64,000 bases of DNA from Phaeosaccion multiseriatum (GCA_965112735.1 OZ218950.1:7006001-7070000); one strand, 5' to 3'; positions 42,573-55,395 are shown, counted from the stretch's first letter. The notes: generated by a model from the letters alone, not told the origin. Made by a program: numbers and translations.

Positions 42573-43327
42573 GGACGCTCAGGTCCTCTGCCTCACCCTC
42601 ATCCCCCCTGCCACCTCCCTCGCCCCTCCCCTCCCCCCTCTGCGCGCAGATCCCGTCTGCCGAGGAGCGCTACGAGTTGTACATGGAGTGCCATCTGTGG
42701 GCAAAGGCTCTGGAGGCCGCCCTCAGGCTCAAGAGCCCCAGGAGCCTCGTAGAGCTCTCCAGGGTAAGGCACACACGCGCCCCCATCACCCTCACCCTCA
42801 CCCTCACCGTGATCCTGACTCTGGCCCTGACTCTGACCCTCACCCTCACCCTCACCGTGATCCTGACTCTGGCCCTGACTCTGACCCTCACCCTCACCCT
42901 CACCGTGATCCTGACTCTGGCCCTGACTCTGACCCTCACCCTCACCCTCACCCTGATCCTGACTCTGGCCCTGGCTCTGACCCTCACCCTCACCCTCACC
43001 CTGATCCTGACTCTGGCCCTGACTCTGACCCTCACCCTCACCCTCACCCTGATCCTGACTCTGGCCCTGACTCTGACCCTCACCCTCACCCTGATCCTGA
43101 CTCTGGCCCTGACTCTGACCCTCACCCTCACCCTCACCCTGATCCTGACTCTGGCCCTGACTCTGACCCTCACCCTCAACCTGGCCCTGACTGTGACCCT
43201 GAGGGCGTGGGCGCGTGGAGCGTTTTCCGGCTCTTCTAGCAGCCGCCTCTCATTGGATCAGACTTTTGTCTGCCCGTCTGCCCGTCTCCCCGTATGCGTG
43301 TGCCTCTCTGCCTCTCTCTCTCACACA

Positions 43328-43371
<44 letters not shown>

Positions 43372-43511
43372 CTCTGCCTCTCTCTCTCTCGGTGCTATGT
43401 GCCTCTCTCTCTCTCTCTCTCTGTGCTATTTACCCCGTGTGCGTGCAGGTGTGTGACGACAGTGCGGTCTCAGCTGAGGTGAATGATGCCATTCGCCGCA
43501 TGCGGGCATGA
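38885..43511 (+). CDS. VPS16: Vacuolar protein sorting 16 (HOPS/CORVET core subunit), ~998 aa; exons 38885-39288, 39516-39591, 39729-41891, 42169-42242, 42367-42469, 42650-42763, 43449-43511
   Basis: EWQCLGDVPYRK..YELEW; AAPNGGPVAMVRD; PEQMCWCGEDSV; LLRAAAYGKGF; LRVLNTLR; LALTKAVESGDNDLIY; FKVPDKRFWHIKVKALA; KKSPIGY. Confidence 0.95.
42787..43202. repeat. Telomere-variant hexamer array (CCCTCA/CCCTGA/CTCTGA) organised as a 48-bp higher-order repeat, 8 copies, in the last VPS16 intron
   Basis: GATCCTGACTCTGG recurs every 48 bp (once 42 bp) from ~42811 to 43141. Confidence 0.9.
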
Positions 43512-44085
43512 CAGACACCACACTACAAGTGATCGAGGAGCAGCACGCCCAGTGAAATTGTAGAGCGGCGTTGGCATACTTAACTGACTGACAGGAATCA
43601 GCGGCGTTGGGTACCGCGCATCACATGAAATCACCCATCCAATCGCAGGCCACCCTTCTTTGTGTCTTGTCATTTTAAAAAATATCTTTACCCCAAGGGT
43701 TTGCGCGTGTGGCCCCCCAAAGAAATTCCAAAGCCCCCTCGCCCCCCAATCAACACAAACGATGCGGAGCATGCTACGTTTCTGGTCAGTCAGTCAGTCA
43801 GTCAGTCAGTCAGTCAGTCAGTCAGTCAGGTCTGTCCGACGAAAGAAGGCGGAACGCAACGTGGAAGTGACTGCGTCTGCCCATCCCGTTCCCACCCTCA
43901 TCCAACAGCTCCCTCCGGGCAAGGGACTTCACTCCGGCAGGAGGCTCCCGCTCTGCTCCAGTTCAGCTCCAGCTGCGGACAGCTAGCTTCATCTCTCTGA
44001 CTCCCTTGCTGCTGTAACCAACCAACTCATCAAATCAAAGAGTTGAGTTGACTCACTCTCAGTGACTTATTCTCAAGTTCTGAAT

Positions 44086-45039
44086 CTAGTGCCCCCCCGC
44101 CTTCGGCTTGTATATGTACCGCAAGCCGCAGTATTTGCAAACTTGTGGGGTGGGGACGACCTCCGTACCGTCATACACGGTGATGTACTCCAGAGGGTGC
44201 CCCAGGGCCCCGCCTCCTGTTGAGTGCCCGCACACACACACACACGTACATACAAAGAGAGAGAGAGAGAGAGAGAGTGAGAGAGAGCGGTCGCGCTGAG
44301 GGAGGGAAGGGGGTATAGGATACGCAGCCGCAGCAGCAGCAGCAGGAGGAGGAGTTGCAGTGAAGTGTGCAGTGGAAGACAAGACTTTCTGCGAGAGAAC
44401 GAACAACACTCAACGAATGACTGCACAACAGCATAGCGAGGAGGTGTCCCTCTCTCTATCTCACCACTTCCCTCCCTTCTCTGCCTCACCTCCGTCGCAC
44501 ACGGCCACTGGTGTACTGCACTCCACAAGAGGGTACTCATCGATGAGCTGCTCGGCGTCGCTCCTGCACAGGGGCAGACCAAAGGACGGAGGGGTGGGGG
44601 GGTTGAGAGACAAGGTGATGGATGGGATAGGAAAGAATAGCATGCAAGATGGGTACGGGTTAGGGTTGGGTTAGAGGCACGAGGCAATGGCAGAGGACGA
44701 GCCCAGGCGTCCCCCATGGATGAGGCGTCCTTCCTCCTTCCCCTCTCCTAATTTTAGTTCTTTCCTGCTACTCATCACCATCGTCCATTATATGCGCTAA
44801 AGCCATACATACCTGTGCTTCCCGTGCTTGTACACACTCTTGCTCTCTTCCTTGCTGAAGTAGGTCCGGGTTGACAGAAAACGAGCCCTCGAAAACTCCC
44901 CCTCTCTTCGCGCCCCTGCTGCCCCTCTCGCTGCTCTCGATGCAGCAGCTGCTCCTGCTGATCCAACCGCCGCTGACGCCGCCGGGGCCGCCCTCAAGCT
45001 TAGCCCCGCGCAAGCAACCAAGAGCTGTCGGCTTGCCAT
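44086..45039 (-). CDS. NDUFS6: Complex I Zn-finger subunit NDUFS6 (zf-CHCC), 143 aa; exons 45039-44813, 44563-44490, 44216-44086
   Basis: Spliced [43 protein letters not shown]; Ala/Arg-rich mitochondrial presequence MASRQLLVACAGLSLRAA. Confidence 0.9.
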
Positions 45040-45467
45040 GCCCTCCCCCCTCCTTCGTGCTGTTGCTCCTTCGCCTACTCTTCGGCGCTGTGCCTTTCTC
45101 CTCTTCCAAAACTGCACTACACACTTGTGGCAACAATACCTCTCGCTAAAAGCTGCACGCACTTGGCCAATTAGAGAAGAGAGAGGAAAAATGAACCCTG
45201 GAGAGATGGAGATGAGGAGAGAAGAGTGAGCTCATCGAGAGATAGGTACGTAAGCTTACGTGACTACATAAGTCAATGGGGCAAATCCGGTACTCTCTCC
45301 TTGATAGCCAGAGAAGCTTGCTTGTGCTCTCTTTGCTCGACCTTGACCCCTTCTTCTGGGGAAGCTTCCTGGTCTGCTGTTGTCGCTGAATCTCAGCAGC
45401 TGGGGGGGTTTCATCCGCGGAGGGCGACAAGAAAATAATTTGTTTTTGAGAGGTGCTACAGGGAGAA

Positions 45468-46789
45468 ATGGCGACACTCGGTGCGATGGCCAGCGTGCCC
45501 ACGGAGTACAGCTCCGAAGGGCCGCATCCTTTGCTCACCCCCCAGCCTGGGGGAGAGGATGGGGAGGGCCTCACCATGGCTGATGCAGCCTCGAGGCTGA
45601 TGATGCTGCGAGCCTCAGGTGATGCCGTACCTGTTGTCAACGCCATCAGAACTCACCACGATATTACCTCCTGTACCCCGATTGTCTCTCGTATTATTTT
45701 TTAAGACTCTTCACCAACGCCTTGGGCCTAATCTTCCTCACCAATGTCCACTCGCATACAGGGGGTGCCTGGACTGAGGAAGCGCTGGAGGAAATTGTCA
45801 ACGCCTCTTCCTTTGGAGTAATGACCATCTTCTGGTGGCACCCCATGGGAGGCGAGGACGGCGGCGTTTGGGTCGTGGACTTGCTCATCCGCTGCTCCTG
45901 CCTGCTCATCATTATCTCGCAATTCTTGCTGCCTATCAACTGGTTCATCAGCCGCTTGGTGGTCTACGACGGGTGAGGAAGGGAGCAAGTGTTGTGCCTG
46001 ATTCATTCGTTTATCGCTCCCGCGTGTTGTGCGCCTCTACCTTGTGACCCGCGCGTATCTATCACTCTCTCACTCAGTCTCTGTCTCTCATTGTCTCTAT
46101 CTCCATCTCTCTCTCTCTCTCTGTCACCTCTCTGTGTGTCTCTTTGTCCTACTGCTTGGGGCTGGTCCGACTCGCCTCACCACACCACACTACATCACAG
46201 TGGAGTGTGCCCCGCGACTGGCTCCCTGGACGACCGACTCATCATGCTCGGTACGTGCGATGGTGCGACGGTGCGATAGGTACAACCACTCACAGGACTC
46301 AGAGGGGCCACGAATAGCGAATCACATCACACCATACCACCACATTGCCTCTGTTGCGCGTGCCCTGCATTTGTCACCGATACCCCATCTACCATCTACC
46401 ACCATCGTCTCGTCTCTCGTGTCTCCCCGTCCTGACACCAGGCATCACCTTCATCTACCTGGCCAGGAGCACCATGTGGGCGGTCACGAAGGTACGGTTC
46501 CGGCGGTTACGTGCTCTTTGGTCGTAGTCGCTCATCGTACGCCCCTCTCTCTGTGTCTCTCTCTTCTTTCTCTATATCTCTATCCCTATCATATGTCTCT
46601 TTTATCTCACTCCTCCCTCTCTCACTTTCTCCCTCTCCCTCTCCTTCTCTCTCTCTCCTCCGTTTTCTCTCTCTCGTTCTCTCTCCTCCCTCTCTCTCTC
46701 TGCTCTCTCTCCCTCCCTCTCTCCCACTCCGTCCCCCCTTCTCTTGCTCTCTGCCCCCCCCCTCTCTCATTCTCTCCTCTCTCTCTACA

Positions 46790-46847
<58 letters not shown>

Positions 46848-47818
46848 TGTTTGGTCTTTCTTGCCCCTTTTCCATCTTCCATCCGGCCCGGCGCCGTCGG
46901 TTACCCCCCCCCCCCCCCCTGTACACACAGGTCAATTATTACCAACACACGTTCCAGGCTATCCGAGAAGGCCTCTCTCGCTTGCTGTGGGCCGTTTGCC
47001 CGGCCTGCCTGCGCTTCTCTCTCCCCTACTGCCCCATCCTCCTGGTGCCGCCCGAGCACGAGGAGGAGACCTCGCTGCTCCCAACACAGGCTAGCAGCGA
47101 AGGTGACTTACACGCCGTCGGAATGAGGTATCTTACAGACCCTTACGACAAGGCTGCCATTCGCAGGGCAAGCGCCAAGGGCAGGAAGGTGCTTGACGAC
47201 TTGAATGTGAGCCTCATCGATCGGTTCATGGATGTGCCGTACGAGGAGCTCATTGTCATGCTAAACCTGGTAAGTAAGTAAGGGAAGAGAAGGGGAGGTA
47301 AGAGAAGTAATAAACGAGACGAATAGACCAGGAAGATTGGAAGAAAGGCACCCAAGCATTGATTGATTCATTACCTAACACTTTGCCCCGTCTAGAAACA
47401 AGAGAGCTGTCCATCTTCAGCCCTTTCACCATTCAATTCAGATCACCCCGCCTCCCTCACAGCCTTTCACCCCCAACCCCTCCCTCCCTCCCTCCCTCCG
47501 TACTTGGATTGGCAGTGGCTCGTCTTCCAAACCGAGAGCAACATCACAGACATGATCCTCAACTCGCTCTCTCTCGAGTTTGTGATGTTGCTGGACGATC
47601 AGTTCAAGGAACAATACTACAAAACAAATGGAAAGGCCATGCAGGGCCTCGAGACCAAGCTGGCGTGGTCACTCGAGGACCCGCCCCGTCTGAGGTTGTT
47701 TGTGCGGGATTGGATCGACGGGCTGAGCGTGGTGATGGCGTTCTTCGTGCCTGTCGGCCTCGTGCTTTGTTGCTTTTACATGCCTCTCTGCAAACCGCGC
47801 ACCATTGATGACGGCTAG
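45468..47818 (+). CDS. Uncharacterised multi-pass membrane protein; exons 45468-45618, 45762-45972, 46201-46250, 46442-46491, 46931-47269, 47516-47818
   Basis: Six phase-consistent GT-AG exons; several hydrophobic helices; motifs GVCPATGS..RLIMLGITFIYL and NLWLVFQ..DMILNSLSLEFVMLLDDQFK. Confidence 0.72.
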
Positions 47819-48921
47819 GGGCTGAGCGAGGAAGGAAGGAAGGAAAGAGGGGTATTGTCTACTTGGGCCTGCATACCCCAATATCGAGAGACGAGACAAG
47901 CTACCATGAGACGGAGGAGCAAGCATTCAACAACAGGACGAGGAAGCGAGCGAGGACAACCCGACAGGAGCCCCACAGAAGGACGCCAGTGTGCAGTTAG
48001 CTCACTGTACAAGGCGAGGTGTGGGGGTTGGTTCTCCTTGGACTCACAGGGCACACGAGCACCTCATACAGCCGCAGTCAGAGCCACACACCACGACCGA
48101 GAGACCGTCTCTACGCTGTACAAAGGATGGCAACGGATGACAAGGGCTGTGTAGATAATTTCATATATTGATTCACTGTATCCCCCCTCTCATTACATCA
48201 CTCTGCCTATAAGGAACTTACGTATAGGTATACTGTATGCTTTTTCTTGCCTCTCCTCCCCTCAGCCGCCCAGCAAAGGGGAGCCGCTCAGCTGTCATTA
48301 CTCCTGCCTCTGCTCTCTACCGCCTCTTCTGCTTGAGACTCACAGCTTTTATGCCATATTGAAACTCACAGCTTTGATGCCATAAACTCAAACAAAACCT
48401 TCACGATATTTTTTTCTGCGCTCTCCCATACAAATGATTGATACCCCCCAGGGGAAGCGGAAGGCTTCTCGCTCCACGCGGTGCCACGAGCCGATACACA
48501 GAGAAGAGGGCCCCCTTCCTCCCTGTGCTCTTCTCTCGACCGCCAAATCCCCCCTCCGTCCCCAATACTCTCTTCCCCCTTTAGCCTTTAGATCCCTCCC
48601 CTTATACCCATATACCTCCTCCTTTACGCACATCAATGCCCTATCAATTGTACAGAGGCGAGTGGCCGTGAACGGAGGGAAAGGACAGCAAACACGCCAG
48701 CAACTGCTGCCCCCGATGCCTGAGCCCTTCCTCTCACTTCATCGCCGCCCTCATCCCCCAACCCCCCACTCTCACACTCCCCTTCCCTCCAACAGACGTG
48801 CAACCTCAATGGAACCTCATCCTTCTCCATTTCCTCGGCCGTATCTGCTGATAGTGGAGGTGGTGGTGGTTGTTCGCGTACTCTCCTCTCCACACCTCCA
48901 CCGTTCCCACCTCCCATGAGC

Positions 48922-49109
48922 TCAGTAGTAGGATCCAAACTGCTGAGGAGCGGCGTGGCTTGGAAACGCCGTCTGAGGGAAGTTCTGCCCCCCCCCGCCC
49001 GCCTGCCCCTGCACTGCACTTGGGTAGTACGCGGTACCCAACCCTCCTCCGAAGTAGTCCGCCTGCTGCGGCTGACTCACCATTCCCGACCCGTCCAGGG
49101 GCTGCTGCG

Positions 49110-49141
<32 letters not shown>

Positions 49142-49164
49142 AGGAGCTGCGGGTGTGGCTGATG

Positions 49165-49213
<49 letters not shown>

Positions 49214-52200
49214 TGCTGCTGGTACAGGTGCTGCTGTTGCTGTTGCGGATGCCCCTGAGGGGCGTAGAAAGGCTGCTGCTGCTGCTGCTGGGTGTGCATT
49301 TGCTGTGGGTGCATTTGCTGCTGGTGCAGGTGTATTGGTGGTTGCTGTTGCTGTTGCTGCTGCTGCGGCTGCGGCTGCTGTTGATGCGGCTGTAGCAGCT
49401 GCTGCTGGCGCGAGTGGTGCTGCGGCTGCTGCTGCTGTGGGTCCAGTGAGTTGACGCCCCCCCCTGGAACAAAGGGCGCCGCAAGCATGCCTGCACAGGC
49501 GATTAATGACGTGAGATGAAACGAGGCAGAGCACCAACGGGATTGAGTTGGGTAGGTTGGGTTAGGGGGGGCGCACTTTTTACCAATCATATCCCTCCTT
49601 GGCGTCCCCACCGGAGCCTCGTTTCAAGTCCTCAAGTCAGTCGGGTTGGTGAAAAGACAAAACAGGCAAAAGACGCGCAAAAGATCCGCAAAAGGGGGGC
49701 GGATAAAGCTGGCAAGCGAGAGGACTACAACAACCTACCACCACCCACCTAAGCCTCCGCCTCGGAAGGGCCCGCCTCCTTGTTCCTGCTGCTGCTGAGG
49801 ATGGTGATACGGCTGCTGTTGATGCTGTTGCTGCTGTGGCTGCTGCTGCTGGTGGTGCTGGCCGTTCTGGGGGGCCTTGTAAGGGCCCACGTCTTCCGAC
49901 CCTCCTCCTGCTCCTCCCATGAGCCCTTCGCTCGTGCCTACCGTTTGGTGCGGCGCGAAGTGCTGGGAGTTTCCTCCGTAGAGCGTTGCGACGGGCGCCG
50001 CACCTCCCCCCAAGTAGCTGCCGTTCCCGTTCCCGTTGCTGGTTCCGTTACCGGCCCCGTTGCCGTTGCTGCTGCTGCTGCTGCTGCTGCTGCCGCCCCT
50101 TGTACCATTCATCCCCACCCCACTTGGCGCTCCAGCCCCCCCGGCGTCTCCAGTCACCCCCGCTGAGGCGACTGCTCCTCCTCTCGATCCGCCCACGCCA
50201 GCTGACTCGGACCCTCCAGCTGCTGCGAAGGGAATAGATAGGGCGCCCCCAAACAGGTTCCCCGCGCCACCCCAGGACGGGAGAGCCGAGGTCGAGGGAT
50301 GCCCATTCGCGCCAACAGAGGCCCCGCTGCCTGTGCTCTCCCTGCTGCCCCGTGCCTCAACGCCCCCTCCTTCGGCTTCGGCTGCCGCTAGTGCTGCCGC
50401 TGCCGCCGCTGCGACACCTCCTTCTCCACCCCCCGCTGATGATGATGATGATGCCCCTTCTACTACCGCTGCTGCTGCCGCCGCTGCCGCCGCTGCTCCC
50501 AGAGAGTTGGCGGAGGAAACGCTCTTTAGCTCCGCCACAAAGCTCTCGTCCAGAGTGAGAGAGTCCAAAGCCAGTCCGAACCCCTCTGCTCCTCTCCCGT
50601 CCCCCTGCTCGGTCCCCGCTGCTCCACCCTCTCCTCCTCCCACGGTAGACACCAGGGAGGGAAGGAAGGGCGAAGCTGTACTAGAGAAGTACGGAGAGTA
50701 GAAGCCAAAGTTGCTCCCCTCTCCCCCCCCTCCCAGCGACAGGCCATCCGACGCGGGCAGCTCAACGCGGACGTTGTCATCTGCGGCACTCGATGGGTTG
50801 CACAATGGGGAAGAAGAGCTCAGAGAGTCTGCTCGGCCTGGCGCGAGGGTCGGAGACAGCTCAAGACCAACGGTGCTTGGGAAGACACTGCCGCTGCCGC
50901 TGCCTCTCCTGCTCCTCTGCCCCTCTCCACCCTCCTCCCACCCTCCATTTGCGACCACTGCGGTCCCTCCCAAGGCTGCTAGGGACGCAGAGGAGGAGGA
51001 GGACGAGGCGGCCAAAGTGCCGGTCGCCTCCACGGCCTCAGTGGCTGGCAAGGCACTGTCATTTCGCTTCGGACCAGCGCTAGAGCTGTCCACGGAGCTC
51101 TCCTTGGCGACGTCCGAAGCACTACCGGATGATGGTGCATCGCGCTGCTGGGTTGCCGACTGTTCCTGCTGCTGCTGCTGCTGCTGTTGCTGCTGGGTAG
51201 GTGCGTCACCGCCCTCCTTCTCAGTGGGGCTGGCAGGGGTTTCTGCAGGAGAAGTATCAGGACCGTCTGCCCCAACAGGGCTCACCCCCCCTGGGCTTAT
51301 GCCCGAGCGCAAAGCCGCTGCATATGATGCTGTAGACCTCACTGCTGAGGCCTTTTGACAGGGAGAGAAAGAGAGCCAGAGAGTGTGTGAGAGAGGGGAA
51401 AGAGAGTTAAGAGCAAGAGTGAGCGAGAGTGAGCGAGATGGTGAGAAAGGGGGGTCGAGGCGGACGAACGAAGCCTTCACAATAGACAGCGAAGTGATGC
51501 CCCGTTGGTTGGTGGGTTGGTTGGTTGGAGGGAGCTTCCCTCCCTGCCCTTCCCTTCACTCTGTTCCTCCCTCGCCCCCTTTCCCACGCAAGTGACCGCC
51601 ACAGCCCCAGCTCTCGAGCTCTAGGTTGATTCCCTCCAAGCCTATATGTTTCGCTCTCGAGTTGTACACAGACTCGTCATCGAACGCGCCTCACCTTGAC
51701 TCTCCCTCCGCCGGCGTTGTTGCTGATCGGCAGCGGCTGTCCCCTTCCGGCCTTACCTACTGCACCCGCCCGACCCGTCGCGCGCCCTACCACTCCTCCC
51801 AAGCCTGCCCCTACTCCCCCTCTCGCCCCCCCTGTACCCGCGATGGGTCGCTTATTTGAGGCCCCTACACTATTCGCGGCGGCCTTCTGCTTCTGCTGCT
51901 GCTGCTGCCGTAACGCCAACTGCTGCTGTTGCTGCTGCCGTATCGCCAACTGCTGCTGTTGCTGCTGTTGCTGCTGCTGCTGCGCCCCCACACCCAGCCC
52001 TCCGCTCCCCGCTCCTCCTCCTCCGGATCCGGAAAGGCCACGCTCCAGACTCTGGCTGCCTCCGCCTGAGCTGCTACCAACCGAGAGGGCGCTGCCGACG
52101 CTGCCACTCCTCGGCACCGCCCGTTTCACCTCCACCACCTTGCCGTGGATGGTGTGGTGCGACTGCTGAAGGACGGCCTGCGTGCTCTCGAACTGCTCGT

Positions 52201-54017
52201 ACACGAGGAAGCCGAAGCCTCTCGACTTACGGGTCTCTCGATTGAACATAACCTCCGCCGTCAGCACCTGTGTGTGTATCGTGGAGGAGAGATACACAGC
52301 CAAAGAACAGAAGGAGGGAGAGGGGAGATGGGAGAGGGCTCAGGGTTATGCATGTTGGGGGTGCGCTTTGCTGCGTTGAATGAAAGCATGCATGGCGGCT
52401 TCCGAGAAGAGAAAGAACGAAAAACCTGCCTGCGACGCCGGTGGAAGGAAGGGAACGGTACAAGGGCGGAGCAGCGGCACCTCACCACCCCTCCTCGCTC
52501 CTCACTCACTCACTCACCTTGCCGAACTGCTCAAAATAGCCCCTAAAGGCGTTGTCTCGGGTTTCGTAATGAAGCCCCCCTACGAAGATCTTGTTACCCT
52601 GAGGGTAATCCGAGATGCCTCCGATCACCGCCCCTCCGTGACTGTGGCCGTACGCGCTCCCGTGCGTGCTACCGCCGCTGTCCATTCCTCCAGAACTCGT
52701 CGAACGGCTTCGCCCCTTCTCATTCGACTGAGAAGAGCAAGACGGGGCGTCTGGAGACCCTGGTGGCTGCGATTCAGGTCCTTCTCCTCCTCCTCCTCCT
52801 CCTCCTCCTCCTCCTGTTGCTGCTGTTGTTATTGTTGCTGTTGCTGCTGCTGCTGCCGCTGCTGCGTCTCCCTTTGGTGCTCCGTTTGGCACTCCGTTTG
52901 GTGCTCCTTTTGGTGCTTGTGTCGCTGGTCTTGACTGGGCTGCTGGTGTATTACCAACTGCTGCCGCCGCCGACGGGACGCCATTTGCGCCGCTTTTGCT
53001 GCCATCACCACTGCTTCTACTTCTCCCTCCGCTGTTGTTACTAACCGTTGGGGGACCTGCTGCTCTCGTTGCACCTGCTGTATCACCACCTGCCGCTGCT
53101 CCTGCTGCTGCTGTAGAAGGGGGCCCGCTATTGTTACTTTGTCCAATAGCACTTCTACTGCTGCTGCTGTTACTGCCAGCGCTCGCCCTATTTGAAGCCG
53201 CCACGCGACCTGTCCCGCCATTGCTGCTGATGCTGTGAGGCTGAGCTGCGACATACCCACTGCTGCTCTTGCCCACGACCCCGTTAGAAGGGCCCTGACT
53301 GGCGCTACTGCTGGCTCCATTCTGCTGGAGGCTATTGTTATTTTGACTATGATGGTTTGGGTGCCCCGCCGGCACTCTGCCGCCTCCTACCCCGTTCGCT
53401 GCTGCCGGATGTTGTTGTTGTTTGTGTGGTTGTTGTTCTGATTGTTGTTGCTGTTGTTGTTGTTGTTGTTGTTGTTGTTGCTGTTGCTGTTGCTGCTGCT
53501 GCTGCTGTTGTTGTTGGTGGTGATGATGGTGGTGGTGATGGTGCTGCTCCCTACTCGCCGCCGCTGCCCTCGCCCTCAGGACCGCTTGCTTGGACAGCTC
53601 CGCTAACTGCTCGGAGTCACTCCGTGGCACTGAAGGCTTGGCCTCCACGCGCCTCCCATCAATGATGTGCTCACCGTGTGACAGCGCCTTCTGCGCGCCT
53701 GCCGCCTCAGTGAAGGTGATAAACCCGAAGCCTCTGCTGCGCCGTGTGTTGCCATCTTTCATCACCACGGCATCCACCACACTTCCAAAGGCGCTGAAAA
53801 AGCGACGCAGTGTGTCGTCCGTCGTCTCAAAGGACAAGCCTCCTAGGAAGATCTTTGATCTCGCTGAGAGAGGAGAGAAGGGGGGGGGGGGGGCGGGTGA
53901 CGGACGGAACTTTACAGGACGGTATTGAGAAGTCTGTGAAGAAGTTTTAGCATTGGCGTGCTCATGCCCCCCCCCCCTCCCCTCCGGACACACACACACT
54001 CCCCGAGAGCTTTCCAT
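48922..54017 (-). CDS. Two-RRM RNA-binding protein of the Musashi/DAZAP1/hnRNP A-B type with large Q/G/S-rich regions, ~1414 aa; exons 54017-52518, 52267-51695, 51351-49749, 49490-48922
   Basis: RRM1 KIFLGGLSFETT..RRSRGFGFITF..IDGRRVEAK; RRM2 KIFVGGLHYET..RKSRGFGFLVY..IHGKVVEVKRAVPR. Junction phases are consistent; the 5' end is tentative. Confidence 0.85.
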
Positions 54018-55395
54018 TGGCGGGAGCTCTTCTCCACATACTTTACATCTGTCCTACGACGTGACACGGAAGGTCTTTCTCATTCCGATTTATGTCCCGC
54101 ACAACACGCGTCCCGTCCAGGCCTGCTCACTCACCCTGCAGCTTGCCGCTGGCGTGGCTCTCTCTATGTCCCTTACGATTCGCCATTTTCCACGCCTACT
54201 TGGGTAGGCCTATTGGCGCGCTGCAGACCCTCCTCCCCCAAGCTTGGGTAGGTGGCACACGCCTTGGGGGATCTCGTCAAGACAAATCTCTTACTTCTCG
54301 AAGGTCCTCCAAACAGGTCGAGTGGGCTGGCCTGAGGCTCTCAAACCCACCCTCGAGAGCCCTTCCTTTGGGCCCTCTGAGCACCTCTCTCTCCTTGCCC
54401 CGCCCCCCGGCGCTACTTATTATAAAAAGAGACCTGGCCGAATTACACATCGCAAGCACAATTAGTACAAGCATGCAGCAAGACCACGTACGACTGTAGG
54501 GCGGGATTTCAAGCCAGCATCACTACAGCACCCCACTCCCTGCGTCTTAGCTGCCTATTATAAGCTCTGACCCTCTCCCACCCCGCCGCGGTTTTGCTTT
54601 CCGTGCCCCGACGCCAAGGCATCGAAAAAAATGCCACGGGACTGCAGCACACCGCTGAAGAGCACATGCCTCCATCGACTCCTTTCCGACCCACATCCCC
54701 TCTTTCCCCACGCTCCCCGCGTCCATCTCTTTCATCACTACTCCCCCCTCTCTTACCGTTCCTCGTTTCTTCTTACGTAGAAGATTCGGAGGCTGATTGA
54801 GAAGGGAAGCCTCCTCAAGATAATGAAGGCCCTCAGTTACTCCCTAATAGACAGAACGCTTGGTACAATAGCGAAACTGGGCCCTGGCCCTCGCAGATGA
54901 AGCTCTTAGAGGAAGAAGGATTAAAAAAAAAAGAGATGACGTCCCGCCTTGGGGAAATAGATGGCACTGGATGTCCTTAAATTTTCTTTCTTCCCCTTTC
55001 CCGATAGTCCTTTCCCTTTCCCTCCCTTTCCCTTTCCCCTCTTCCTTGTTTCTACAGTTGTATTTCAAAGAAAACGAACATTGATATTGCAAGCCGAGAT
55101 ATGCCGGCGGAGCCGTGTCGACGAGGCTGGGCCTTCGTGGCGTCTTGCGGCGTGGATTTGCAGGCGTTGGGTTGGGTCCACTGCTCCTGTGACGAGGGAT
55201 GTTAATACTTTTTGCGTCCCTCGGTCCCCTCGGTGGCAGGTGTGGCACCCTGCCGTTGGGCGTGGTCTCTGTCTGCCTGTGTGGGCTGCTTGCCCTTGCC
55301 CATGAGGTAGACCATCTTCCGCTCGTTGAACTCGAGGCCCAGGCGTGGGAATTGGGCTTGGAGGTGGTCATGTCGTGGGGCGTAGGCCGCTAGGG

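Noticed and set aside
42478-43456. (LT)n, (RV)n and (HPDPDSG)n ORFs
   Set aside because: Stop-free hexamer repeat inside a GT-AG intron of VPS16
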